In this document: positions 19,901-27,970 of the stretch, piece after piece
How positions within the stretch are numbered: the first letter of the stretch is position 1
Layout of the letters: each line of letters opens with the position of its first letter
Source: Christensenellaceae bacterium
Lineage (GTDB): Bacteria > Bacillota > Clostridia > Christensenellales > Borkfalkiaceae
Assembly: GCA_045639245.1 (NCBI GenBank)
Contig: JAZUCS010000011.1
Span: 4,380 to 68,379 of the forward strand
DNA: 64,000 nt
Reading direction: 5' to 3'
The notes under the pieces: generated by a model
What the model saw: the letters and a program-made list of their open reading frames with translations, nothing else
What the model was told of the DNA's origin: nothing
The model's database searches: none
Translations under genes and position numbers: made by a program

Positions 19901-20667
19901 CATCGTTCATTCTTCCTCTTGAATTTGATGGTGCGCTCGTTGACCTTGACGTTTCTATTAGTGATTTCTTCGATGCTGTGGATGAAAACAACAATCCTAT
20001 GACTCCTGGAATTCATATTGCTAACGTTGGTAACCAAAAGTTAAGTGGTACTACTTACAAAGATAATACTGCTCCTTCTTGCTATATCGTTACCTCTCAA
20101 GGTGACTACAAGATTGGTGATGAGGTTACATTTAATCTTCCCATCTACAGCGATATTTTATCTCAACCTGACCCATCTACCTTTAGCTTCTATATCGTTG
20201 ATTCCGATGGTAATAACCCCGTTTCTAAAGAGGGCGTTAAACTCAACGGTAAGGATAACGCAGGCTTAGGCGTTCAGTACAGTTTAGCATTTGATAAGCT
20301 TACTACCTATCACGTTAACTATACTGGTTTAGACTATGCTGGAAACAAGGTTTCAACCGTTTACGTTATTAACGTTGTTGACGTTGAACCCCCTGTAATT
20401 AAGCTTACCAGCGTTGAAGAGGGCAAAACCTACAAGGTTGATAAGTGGGGCACGTTTGAATTCACTTATGAAGTTAGCGATACAGTTTCTCAAGCTGCAA
20501 ACATCACTGTAAGCGTTGTTCTTTACGACGTTAAGATGGGTACTTGGAGAAACAACGTTGGTACTTCCTTCAAATGCTACTATGCTGGTTCATTCATGGT
20601 TCAAGTTCTAGCACAGGACGAAGCAGGTAACTTTACTTCCGTATGCTTCTACTTGGATGCTGAATAA
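16933..20667 (+). CDS. Large secreted protein with Ig-like repeats, function unknown
   Basis: 1244 aa. N-terminal signal peptide (LLLVLSLVLMVCLSAITVFTATA), no lipobox and no LPXTG. The C-terminal DVEPPVIKLT segment is typical of bacterial Ig-like (DUF5011/HYR-type) modules. No recognisable catalytic motif. Confidence 0.55.
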   Translation: MKLRKTLLLVLSLVLMVCLSAITVFTATANDKVVFNASDVKSEIEIKESYSINQEIMFPSSITVEYKGSEYQAGNGLIYYPNGACYTLSAHALNQAGNYYLEYFFEADGGVNVTAVINFKVVNSRYSFAKEGGKVTEYATGIGSGITSENHEDDIYTQTIGGLKVDINEGNTFNINVPIDLRNIDNSIHNSSNVAQYSVVGGHYSYPELPEFFQLGVDMYSYGNLDEKGEFVEDATSLVTGFFAGTSSATFTLKEGFVDPGLKFQVYGYNKGKALVGKFQNIEGGYDFDFNCLNNKGSAVDFSLSYASGLIAENEDGSYKKGEDGKDLKPNADIKINYVRIVFEYKDGRNITEQDRATIADAIQTKKTVFNSYAGMSIMRFTDAYDPSIYVEVMIDTSGASYWQRARTNHQEDRGFRGPYGDDLTESTVKRTISFVDENKYLAYRGEYGKVCQSYSQTKSRFGERVSFNIENNRVYSEPISNKGVPVNTAPEKDLLCDFNNDAVYEGNHFQGFTTGEVYVSFYFETYTQTSSQIIIHSIGGYDLEDLLAWDEGEYVDESAPTFETDYESTDGFGSYASVGDTVKIPEVKSWDVNAVGDMAVNVYRNYKSADKVKVNVKNNSFVVNAVDVYTIEYSQKDAYGNVGYYTIDVVGVNDGKGESIILDTEKFTSVKAGSTVQLPEYTVTSLNNLDAFKLKITAKHEKETIEVDTDTMSFVPMYAGTYTLVYECADNLGTYTLEYTFESTSNDSEVVYREVPNLPRYFIKGQKYSIDQAFGYKFNSGAPVAEDADMYAVFDKGDRVKIADPLYTEITGNNEVYFVYKIGEEEFITQTVPIVDVTYYDGGVASGIDMYKYFVGNYTYNDLKADGSGKREANIVYNPIAGENEMNLSFISHINYTNFYFRYRVLSENSNFNRFAVKIVGVQNPKQQVFIELIRTKVAGATEGELVDLVSLYMNGEFHSTLDGYVWGSSSYNTISYTKNTNTINIATTSFILPLEFDGALVDLDVSISDFFDAVDENNNPMTPGIHIANVGNQKLSGTTYKDNTAPSCYIVTSQGDYKIGDEVTFNLPIYSDILSQPDPSTFSFYIVDSDGNNPVSKEGVKLNGKDNAGLGVQYSLAFDKLTTYHVNYTGLDYAGNKVSTVYVINVVDVEPPVIKLTSVEEGKTYKVDKWGTFEFTYEVSDTVSQAANITVSVVLYDVKMGTWRNNVGTSFKCYYAGSFMVQVLAQDEAGNFTSVCFYLDAE

Positions 20668-20678
20668 GGAGGCGTATT

Positions 20679-22781
20679 ATGAAGAAACATTTAAAATCAA
20701 TTATTTGTATAATGATGGCTCTTTGCGTATCCCTTGGCGTTTTCGCTACGGGATGCGGCAAAGAAGAACTTTCTGACCCCAATGCTGATAGATTATTGAG
20801 ATACAGAACTTATCAGGGTACGCACGATTACACTTCTCCCGATTTTGAATCGGAAGATTACCTCGTTAAAGACGGCAAATCTGATTACGTTCTTGTAACT
20901 CCTATAGATGCAGACACCTATGAAAGAACTGCTAAAGACGAATTCTTAAATCTCTTTTTGAAGGCTACTGGCGTTTCTCTTTCAACCACTACTGATGATA
21001 ATCTTCCTGAGGGAACTAAGTTCATTTCTATTGGCGAAACTGCTCAGTGGGAAGGATTAAACGTTACTGATGAAGAACTTCAAAAGCTCACTGCTGACGG
21101 CTGTAGAATTGTTACTAAGGATAAAAACATTTATATCTACGGTGGCGATACTGGTTATTGGCAGAGAAGACAGGGTGTTATCTATTCTGTATACACCTTT
21201 ATGGAGATTTATTTCAACTTTGACTACTACTACAGAAACTGTATCTCTCTTGATACCGGTATAACCGAGCTCAAGCTTAAAGATTTCAACGTGTGGGATA
21301 TTCCTGATATTGATGGACGTCCTACCCACGGTTCTGACGAAAACCAAAATCTCAGCTACCTTAGATGGTACGAGGCTGCAGCTGGATTAACTATTGGCGA
21401 TATTTCTAACAGATTGTATCGTTCAAGAAGTGAGGACGCTGCTGTTGGTATGTCTTCTTTCACCACCTTTGGTGATTACAGTTCTTCAAGCGCGTTTATG
21501 CACAATACTTCTGAGCTCGTTAACCCCAAGTCTGAGGGTGTTGACGCTAAGCACTGGTTCTCTGACGCAGGCGACCAGCTTTGCTACACTGCTCACGGTG
21601 ATGAAGTAGCGTATAACAAACTCGTTGAATACATCTGTGAAAAGTTCGCTATGTCAATGAAATACTTTAACGTTAACGACTATCCAACTAGATGCTATCT
21701 CGGTCTTATGCAGGAGGATAACCTAGCGTTCTGTAACTGTGCTTCCTGTCTTGCATTTAACGATGCTAACAACGGCGCCGTTTCTGCAGGTATGGTTAGA
21801 TTGTGTAACGACGTTATCACTATGATTCGTGAATGGCAAGAAGACCCCAATAACGAATTAAATAAACCAGAATATTACAGAGAAAACCTTAAAATTGTAT
21901 TCTTTGTATATAACACTTCTGAAACTCCACCAGCTGAATGGAGTGAAGAGCAACAAAAATACGTTGCTACCAGTCCTGAGTGTGACCCCAACGAGTACGT
22001 TGTTGGTTGGCTTTGCCCACACTGGAGCTACAAGAATGATATCTATAACCCAACTAACGACCGTAAGAGACAAATGATGGATGCTTGGGGCGACCTTCTT
22101 GATGAAACCTTCTACTGGTTCTATTCTGCTAACTATCAGTATGACGCTTACTTCGTAGAAGCTACTAACATTCTTAATAGTAACGCATTCCAGTGGATGG
22201 CATCTATGGATAGCCAGCACTCATTTGATAACATCTCTGCAGGTGGTTCTGACCCCACGGCGTTCAGACAAGTTGAACTTTATCTCTGGCACAAACTTTC
22301 TTGGAATTCCAACTTAAACGCTCTTGAACTCAAGAATAAGTTCTTCAACGCTATGTACGACTGCGTTGCAGATGAAATGCTTGAAGTTCATCAAATGTAC
22401 GTTGACCACGCTAACCTTCTAGCGCTTCACAACGACTGGGGTGGAGGCTACAATAGACCTAAATTCTGGGTTTACAACGGCTTCTTAAAACCTGTTGCTG
22501 ATAAGTTTGAAGCAATGCTTGCTAAAGTTGACGCTACTTATGGCGAAACTGACCCAGCTTACGCTGAACTTATTAAATCAAGAGTTTGCGTAGAGTACAT
22601 TGCTCCTCTTTATAAGATTCTCTCACTTTACGGTACTTCTGCAACTAAGGCTCCCTTTACGGAGGCAGTTAGACAGCAATATAAGGCAACCTTGAGAAAT
22701 CTTGCTTCCAAATACTACCCTGAGGTTACCCTCAACAACGGCGAAGAAAACGTAATTGCTTTCGTTGACGGTATTGCATAA
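20679..22781 (+). CDS. Lipoprotein, possibly DUF4838-like (glycosidase-related fold), function unknown
   Basis: 700 aa. Lipobox VFATGCG. The segment KDKNIYIYGGDTGYWQRRQGVIYSVYTFMEIYFNFDYYY resembles the N-terminal signature I associate with DUF4838 proteins. Cys cluster FCNCASCLAF. Confidence 0.45.
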   Translation: MKKHLKSIICIMMALCVSLGVFATGCGKEELSDPNADRLLRYRTYQGTHDYTSPDFESEDYLVKDGKSDYVLVTPIDADTYERTAKDEFLNLFLKATGVSLSTTTDDNLPEGTKFISIGETAQWEGLNVTDEELQKLTADGCRIVTKDKNIYIYGGDTGYWQRRQGVIYSVYTFMEIYFNFDYYYRNCISLDTGITELKLKDFNVWDIPDIDGRPTHGSDENQNLSYLRWYEAAAGLTIGDISNRLYRSRSEDAAVGMSSFTTFGDYSSSSAFMHNTSELVNPKSEGVDAKHWFSDAGDQLCYTAHGDEVAYNKLVEYICEKFAMSMKYFNVNDYPTRCYLGLMQEDNLAFCNCASCLAFNDANNGAVSAGMVRLCNDVITMIREWQEDPNNELNKPEYYRENLKIVFFVYNTSETPPAEWSEEQQKYVATSPECDPNEYVVGWLCPHWSYKNDIYNPTNDRKRQMMDAWGDLLDETFYWFYSANYQYDAYFVEATNILNSNAFQWMASMDSQHSFDNISAGGSDPTAFRQVELYLWHKLSWNSNLNALELKNKFFNAMYDCVADEMLEVHQMYVDHANLLALHNDWGGGYNRPKFWVYNGFLKPVADKFEAMLAKVDATYGETDPAYAELIKSRVCVEYIAPLYKILSLYGTSATKAPFTEAVRQQYKATLRNLASKYYPEVTLNNGEENVIAFVDGIA

Positions 22782-22791
22782 GATTTATATA

Positions 22792-23520
22792 ATGAAAAAA
22801 GTTTTAACCCTATTATTAACATTAACAGTATTACTTCTTTCTTTCGGTTTCGCCTCTTGTGGCGAAACCGAAATGGAGGAGACTGCTGAACCATACGTAA
22901 TTGCAACTGTATTCCCACAAGAAGGGCGTAATGACTATACTGGCATTGTTCGTCAAGTTGGTACTATTGGTGGAAAGCCTTTAATTAAGGTGGAAACACC
23001 TAATCTTGACGGCTGGTACGTCACCTTTTCTAGTGATAATGAAAAAATGCTTACCGTTGATGAAGACGGATATTGTGATATAATCCGTGGAGGCACGGTT
23101 TACGTTACCGTTACTTATACCAATGGTGTGGATAAAGTTACGGATATAGTTTCTTGGTATAATCACCATTGGAATAGAGATATTGAATTATATTTCCGTG
23201 GTGAGGGCATGGACCCGCCAGGTGACTATATGAGGTCTAGTTGGGAGTTCTCTTTAGGTACGCCAGTTGCTTTAGAGCCTTTACTTGTTTTTCCCACTGG
23301 TGAATTTAGAGACGTTATAATTCGTTCAGTTGACATAGTGGATGAGTCTGTACTTACCTATGAAAACGGTGTGTTAACTCCTGTAAGTGCAGGAACTACC
23401 GATATTGAAATCGATTGTTCTTGGAGAGGTTACACTAGCTCTTCTTGGACAGGAAGTAGCTCCCATGGTGGAACAGGTAGTGCTGACTTGCATCGTAAAA
23501 TTACTGTTACTGTTTCCTAA
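22792..23520 (+). CDS. Small lipoprotein with Big_2-like Ig domains
   Basis: Start moved to 22792 (MKKVLTLLLTLTVLLLSFGFASCGE, lipobox), because the listed 22756 start overlaps the upstream gene. Contains VTVTYTNG and TPVSAGTTDIEI, which are Big_2-like strands. Confidence 0.55.
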   Translation: MKKVLTLLLTLTVLLLSFGFASCGETEMEETAEPYVIATVFPQEGRNDYTGIVRQVGTIGGKPLIKVETPNLDGWYVTFSSDNEKMLTVDEDGYCDIIRGGTVYVTVTYTNGVDKVTDIVSWYNHHWNRDIELYFRGEGMDPPGDYMRSSWEFSLGTPVALEPLLVFPTGEFRDVIIRSVDIVDESVLTYENGVLTPVSAGTTDIEIDCSWRGYTSSSWTGSSSHGGTGSADLHRKITVTVS

Positions 23521-23557
23521 TTATTTATAAAAGGTTAAAATTTATAGGAGAAAATTT

Positions 23558-25786
23558 ATGAAAAAGCATATAACTTTAATTTTAGCTATTATTGCTACGT
23601 TATGTTTAAGTATGTTTTTTGTTGCTTGTGGGGAACCTGAGAATAACAATCCAACCCCCGAAGCTCCCTCTGTTACCGTTGACATTAATAAAAGCAACGT
23701 TAATATGATTCTTGGTACAACTGAGAACCTTACGGCTATGTACACGACTAAAGATGGATATACTCTTTCTTGGTCGTCTAGCGACAGCTCGATTGTTACC
23801 GTTAACGGTGGTAAGCTTGAGGCAATGAAACAGGGTAACGTTACCGTTACTGCAACTTATTCTAACGGTACTGAAACGGTTAGCGATACTTGTAACGTTG
23901 CAGTTACTTTAGGTAACTTTGCTCCCGTTTTCTGTATTGAAAACAACACTTTAGATTCTTGGAACGTAACCAAGGGCGAATCTATTGAAATCGTTCCTTA
24001 CGTTTATTTCAACGGTATGAAATTCTATGACGTAACAGTTACTCTTGAATCTTCTAATAACGACATTGTTTCTTTTGAAAACAACACAATTACTGCTCTT
24101 GCTAAGGGTAGTGCTAACATTCAGTTAGCAGCTTCTTGGAGAGGTATTGAGTTTAACGGCAAAAACGCTATGGGTATTGACCTTAAATATAACGTTTTTG
24201 GCAACTACGAAATGAGCTCTAACGGTGAAACCCTTAAGGATATTCATATCTACACTAGAGAGTCATGGGGTGGAAAAACTTACGCTACCACTGCTGCTTT
24301 TGACCCTGTTGTTAGAGAAAATAACGAGGTTTCTACTAACCCTGTAGAAATTGTTATTGCAAACGAAACAATTATTAAGTATAGTAACGAAGGTTATCTC
24401 TACACTACTGGTGAAGGTTTTGGTGAAACAACTATAACCCTTAACTGGACTTCTTCTGATGGTGACCCTTATACCAAAATTATCAATGCAAAGGTTGAGA
24501 GACCCGTTGATTATTTTGCTGAAACTATTGAATATTTCTCTGCTATCGACGGTGTTGCTCTTTATGACGCTGATAAAGATGGTGCGCACTTAGAAACTAC
24601 TCTTGCTGATGTTCTTTACGGTGCAGGTACCGATGCTGTTATGGTTGACGGTTATCAAAACTACTATAACTATGCAAACAAGAGTGATATCGTTGCTGAC
24701 GCACTCACCGTTACTGACAACGTAGTTAACGGTGTATTCTCTCACGCTTCTGGTTTCCAGGACGTTGAACTTACCTTGGGTACCAATACTGAAGTTTGGG
24801 TTGTAAATATCAAATCAGCTTCTAAAGTATTTGCTCAGGATAATATTGATGAATTCGTTCCTACCTTTACTACCACTGTAAACGAAGGTAAGGGTTATAC
24901 CTTATATTTAGACGGTGGCGTTATCGACAAATATCTCTATTATACCACTAATAGCCGTCGTCAAGGTTACTACACCTTGTGTGAAGATATAACTGGTATT
25001 GAAACTAATGGTAAAAACACTGGTGCAATGTTTGCAGGTAACTTTGATGGAAGAGGTCACGTAATTTCTGATATTACTTTTACTGGTTATGATGATGCTA
25101 AAACTGAAACACCTGATAAGAGTTATTCCTATTGGGGTGGTTTGTTCGGAACGTTAAAGACTATTGCAGATGCAGGTATCACCAATCAGGGCGCAATTAT
25201 TCAAAACGTAGCGTTTACTGACGTTACCTTTGCTGCACCAAACTGTTCGCTTCTTGGTTATCAGAGTAACGGTACTTCTAGTGGTTTGCCTACTATTAGA
25301 AACGTGTTCGCTCAGTTTAACGAGCAGGCTGAATATCAGAATTGGTGCTCTGCATTATTCTATATGTCTCAGTATCTCAAGATGGAAAACGTAATTGTTG
25401 ATTATCCAGTTGGTGATAACTATGTTCTTCCTACGGAGTTTTCTTATCCTACCCCTACGGAAAAGGACCCTACAGCTACTACATCTAATAACTATGGCTC
25501 TTTAATTGCTAGAATGGACTATACTAAATACACTAAGAGACAAATTTTATCCAATGTTTACGTTGTTTCTAAAGTTCCTCTAGGCTTCACTAATAATGGT
25601 ACTGATGAAGAGTTATGGAAACAGGATGCTTCTAACGTTACTGCTGAAGGTTTCTTACAAGTTCCCGGCACATATCGTTACAACACCTATGCTGATATGA
25701 AAGCTGCTAATAACGATTATGCTGGTTTCACAACTGATTACTGGACTATCGTTGACGGACTTCCCGTATTTAATGCGCTCGCATAA
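23558..25786 (+). CDS. Lipoprotein with Big_2-like domains and a GLUG-motif-like beta-helical C-terminal half
   Basis: 742 aa. Lipobox FFVACGE. N-terminal Big_2-like repeats (GNVTVTATYSNG, ALAKGSANIQL). The C-terminal FAGNFDGRGHVISDITF ... GGLFGTL ... IQNVAFTDV follows the F.G.FDG.G..I..L ... GLFG ... I.N pattern. Confidence 0.5.
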   Translation: MKKHITLILAIIATLCLSMFFVACGEPENNNPTPEAPSVTVDINKSNVNMILGTTENLTAMYTTKDGYTLSWSSSDSSIVTVNGGKLEAMKQGNVTVTATYSNGTETVSDTCNVAVTLGNFAPVFCIENNTLDSWNVTKGESIEIVPYVYFNGMKFYDVTVTLESSNNDIVSFENNTITALAKGSANIQLAASWRGIEFNGKNAMGIDLKYNVFGNYEMSSNGETLKDIHIYTRESWGGKTYATTAAFDPVVRENNEVSTNPVEIVIANETIIKYSNEGYLYTTGEGFGETTITLNWTSSDGDPYTKIINAKVERPVDYFAETIEYFSAIDGVALYDADKDGAHLETTLADVLYGAGTDAVMVDGYQNYYNYANKSDIVADALTVTDNVVNGVFSHASGFQDVELTLGTNTEVWVVNIKSASKVFAQDNIDEFVPTFTTTVNEGKGYTLYLDGGVIDKYLYYTTNSRRQGYYTLCEDITGIETNGKNTGAMFAGNFDGRGHVISDITFTGYDDAKTETPDKSYSYWGGLFGTLKTIADAGITNQGAIIQNVAFTDVTFAAPNCSLLGYQSNGTSSGLPTIRNVFAQFNEQAEYQNWCSALFYMSQYLKMENVIVDYPVGDNYVLPTEFSYPTPTEKDPTATTSNNYGSLIARMDYTKYTKRQILSNVYVVSKVPLGFTNNGTDEELWKQDASNVTAEGFLQVPGTYRYNTYADMKAANNDYAGFTTDYWTIVDGLPVFNALA

Positions 25787-25816
25787 TTTCCATAATGGTT
25801 AATTAAAAAATATTTT

Positions 25817-25848
25817 CCTCACGGAGATTATCTCCGTGAGGTTTATAC
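25817..25848 (+). terminator. Rho-independent terminator after the 742-aa lipoprotein gene
   Basis: CCTCACGGAGA (25817-25827) pairs with TCTCCGTGAGG (25831-25841), followed by TTTAT. Confidence 0.6.
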
Positions 25849-25905
25849 TAAACAAGACTTTTATTTAAGTAGATTTTTTTTGAGAATGTAAAAAGGAGAA
25901 TTATT

Positions 25906-26379
25906 ATGGTTTACTGTACGGCTGGTGAAACTGTACTTTCAGTATGGTGGGACCCAAGAAGTGAATTTAAGAAAGGATATAAATATAAAATTACCATTGA
26001 TGGTAAAAACGTTGTTTATACCACTCACGTTTATTATGACTTTAAGTCATTATTAGAGGGCACTACTCACGATTTCATTATTCAGCTAGTTGATGAAAAC
26101 AAAAACGTTGTAGGCAAAACAGAAACTGCTACCTATAAAACACTTCCTTACAAGGAAAAGGTTGACTTAACGCTTCCTCCTTATAACGCCATAGGTGATG
26201 GTGTTACCGATAACACTGCTATTTTACAAAAGGCTATTGATGATTGTAGGGCAGACCAATATTTGTTCCTTCCTTTCGGCATTTATATTTCCGATAGACT
26301 CGTTATGAGTGGCGATAAGAAAATAGTGTTCGGTGCAGGCGCAGTTATTTGCACCAAAGAGAGGGCTAAAACTTTATGA
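25906..26379 (+). CDS. Truncated paralogue of the N-terminus of the downstream GH28 enzyme (FN3-like domain plus first beta-helix coils)
   Basis: 157 aa that aligns with residues 1-150 of 26376..27914 (W-W, Y.FK.L, PPYNA.GDGVT.NT.A.QKAIDDC) and then stops. Has a strong RBS AAAGGAGAA. Its TGA overlaps the downstream ATG (ATGA). Confidence 0.5.
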   Translation: MVYCTAGETVLSVWWDPRSEFKKGYKYKITIDGKNVVYTTHVYYDFKSLLEGTTHDFIIQLVDENKNVVGKTETATYKTLPYKEKVDLTLPPYNAIGDGVTDNTAILQKAIDDCRADQYLFLPFGIYISDRLVMSGDKKIVFGAGAVICTKERAKTL

Positions 26380-27914
26380 TTAATTCTGTTTTATTTGATA
26401 ACCAAATTAAAATTTGGTGGAATTACACAAGGCTTGAAGATGGATACTCTTATCGCGTTATAAAAGATGGTGAAGAGTTTAATACTATTCAAACTCACTA
26501 TGCTTTTAAGGACTTAGAGGCTGAAAAGACTTATTCTTTTGAGGTTTATCTTGTTGGTGATGACGGAAACGTTATAAAAGAGGTTGGCAAAGCCGAATTT
26601 ACCACCTTAAAGTCTAAAAACACTATCGACGTAACTAAACCCCCGTATAATGCTGTTGGTGACGGGGTAACCTTAAATACCAAGGCTATTCAAAAGGCTA
26701 TCGACGATTGCACTGAAAACGATAAGGTTTATTTCCCCGACGGAACTTACCTTACCGGTGGACTTATGCTTCACTCAGACGTTGAACTTCGTTTAAGCGA
26801 AGGTGCAGTTATTCAAGGTACCGATAATCCTGAAGATTATCTTCCCAAAATCGTTACTCGTTTTGAGGGGTGGAAGGAAGTTGGCTATCGTTCGTTATTA
26901 AACGCAGGCGAAATTGACCCCGACAATAAGGGCTATGTTTGCAAAAATATAGTAATTTACGGTGGTAAAATTGTTGGTGGTGGCGAAAAGCTCCGTGTAA
27001 ATGAGATTAAAGCTGAAATTCCTAATGTTTTGAAAGAACACGGTATGGAGGGTGTTGTTAACCCCGGTGGATATTACACGAGGCACGTTCCTGGTAGAAG
27101 AAGGGGCAGACTTATGCAGTTTGGTAACACTCAAAATATTCTCTTAGCAGACTGTTTTATGGGTAATGGACCCGCATGGAATATACACCCTGTTTATTGT
27201 GATAACGTAACTGTATGTAACTGTACAGTGTTCTCACACGCAATTTCCAATGGTGATGGTATTAACCCCGACTCTACTACTAATGTGCTTATATTTGGTA
27301 TTCACTTTGACACGGGTGACGATTTTGTTGCTATAAAGTCGGGTAGAAACAGAGAAGGTTATGAGGTTGGAAGACCAAGTAAAAATATTACCATTTTCGA
27401 TTGTACTTCTACCGACGGTCATGGTATTGCACTCGGTAGTGAAATGTCTGGTGGTATTGATGGGGTTACGGCTTGGAACTGCGAATTCTTAAAGAGTAGC
27501 GTTGGTATTTCTCTTAAAACTAACCGTGCACGTGGTGGTTACATTAAAAACGCAAGTTTCTATAACTTTAAGATTCGTAGGCTTTCCCTTGCAGACTACA
27601 AGGGCACTAACGACGATGGTGATGTAGCTCCTTATCCTCCTGTTGTTGAAAATATTCACTTAGAAGATATTACTATTGCAGGTATTTGTCGTTCAACTGC
27701 TGACGCTGATTCAGGAAACAGATATTCTGCAGGTGATGCTGTTAGATTCCGTGGGGGGCAAGAGTATAGACCTAAAAATATCACTCTTAAAAATATTACT
27801 CTTCTCAACAGGGCAATTCTTCCATTCCAAAACTTTATTGCAAAGGATATAGATAATCTTTCTATTGAAAACATAATTTGTCTTGGTGAAGACGGGGATA
27901 TTAGTCCATTCTAA
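26376..27914 (+). CDS. GH28 exo-polygalacturonase-type glycosidase with N-terminal FN3-like domain, cytoplasmic
   Basis: 512 aa, no signal peptide. Canonical GH28 blocks in order: NGDGINPDS, TGDDFVAIKSG, DGHGIALGSEMSGG, ISLKTNRARGG. Confidence 0.8.
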   Translation: MINSVLFDNQIKIWWNYTRLEDGYSYRVIKDGEEFNTIQTHYAFKDLEAEKTYSFEVYLVGDDGNVIKEVGKAEFTTLKSKNTIDVTKPPYNAVGDGVTLNTKAIQKAIDDCTENDKVYFPDGTYLTGGLMLHSDVELRLSEGAVIQGTDNPEDYLPKIVTRFEGWKEVGYRSLLNAGEIDPDNKGYVCKNIVIYGGKIVGGGEKLRVNEIKAEIPNVLKEHGMEGVVNPGGYYTRHVPGRRRGRLMQFGNTQNILLADCFMGNGPAWNIHPVYCDNVTVCNCTVFSHAISNGDGINPDSTTNVLIFGIHFDTGDDFVAIKSGRNREGYEVGRPSKNITIFDCTSTDGHGIALGSEMSGGIDGVTAWNCEFLKSSVGISLKTNRARGGYIKNASFYNFKIRRLSLADYKGTNDDGDVAPYPPVVENIHLEDITIAGICRSTADADSGNRYSAGDAVRFRGGQEYRPKNITLKNITLLNRAILPFQNFIAKDIDNLSIENIICLGEDGDISPF

Positions 27915-27923
27915 AAAATACTA

Positions 27924-27955
27924 AAAAAGCGTTTCGAAATCGAAACGCTTTTTTT
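27924..27955. terminator. Bidirectional rho-independent terminator between convergent GH28 and trpB
   Basis: GCGTTTCG (27929-27936), loop AAAT, CGAAACGC (27941-27948). An A-run lies on the left and T7 on the right. Confidence 0.75.
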
Positions 27956-27970
27956 ATTCATTTCTTAATA

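Noticed and set aside
25906-27914. Frameshifted single GH28 gene split into two ORFs
   Set aside because: The downstream ORF has its own complete FN3-like N-terminus homologous to the fragment, so the two ORFs are paralogous, not two halves of one gene.
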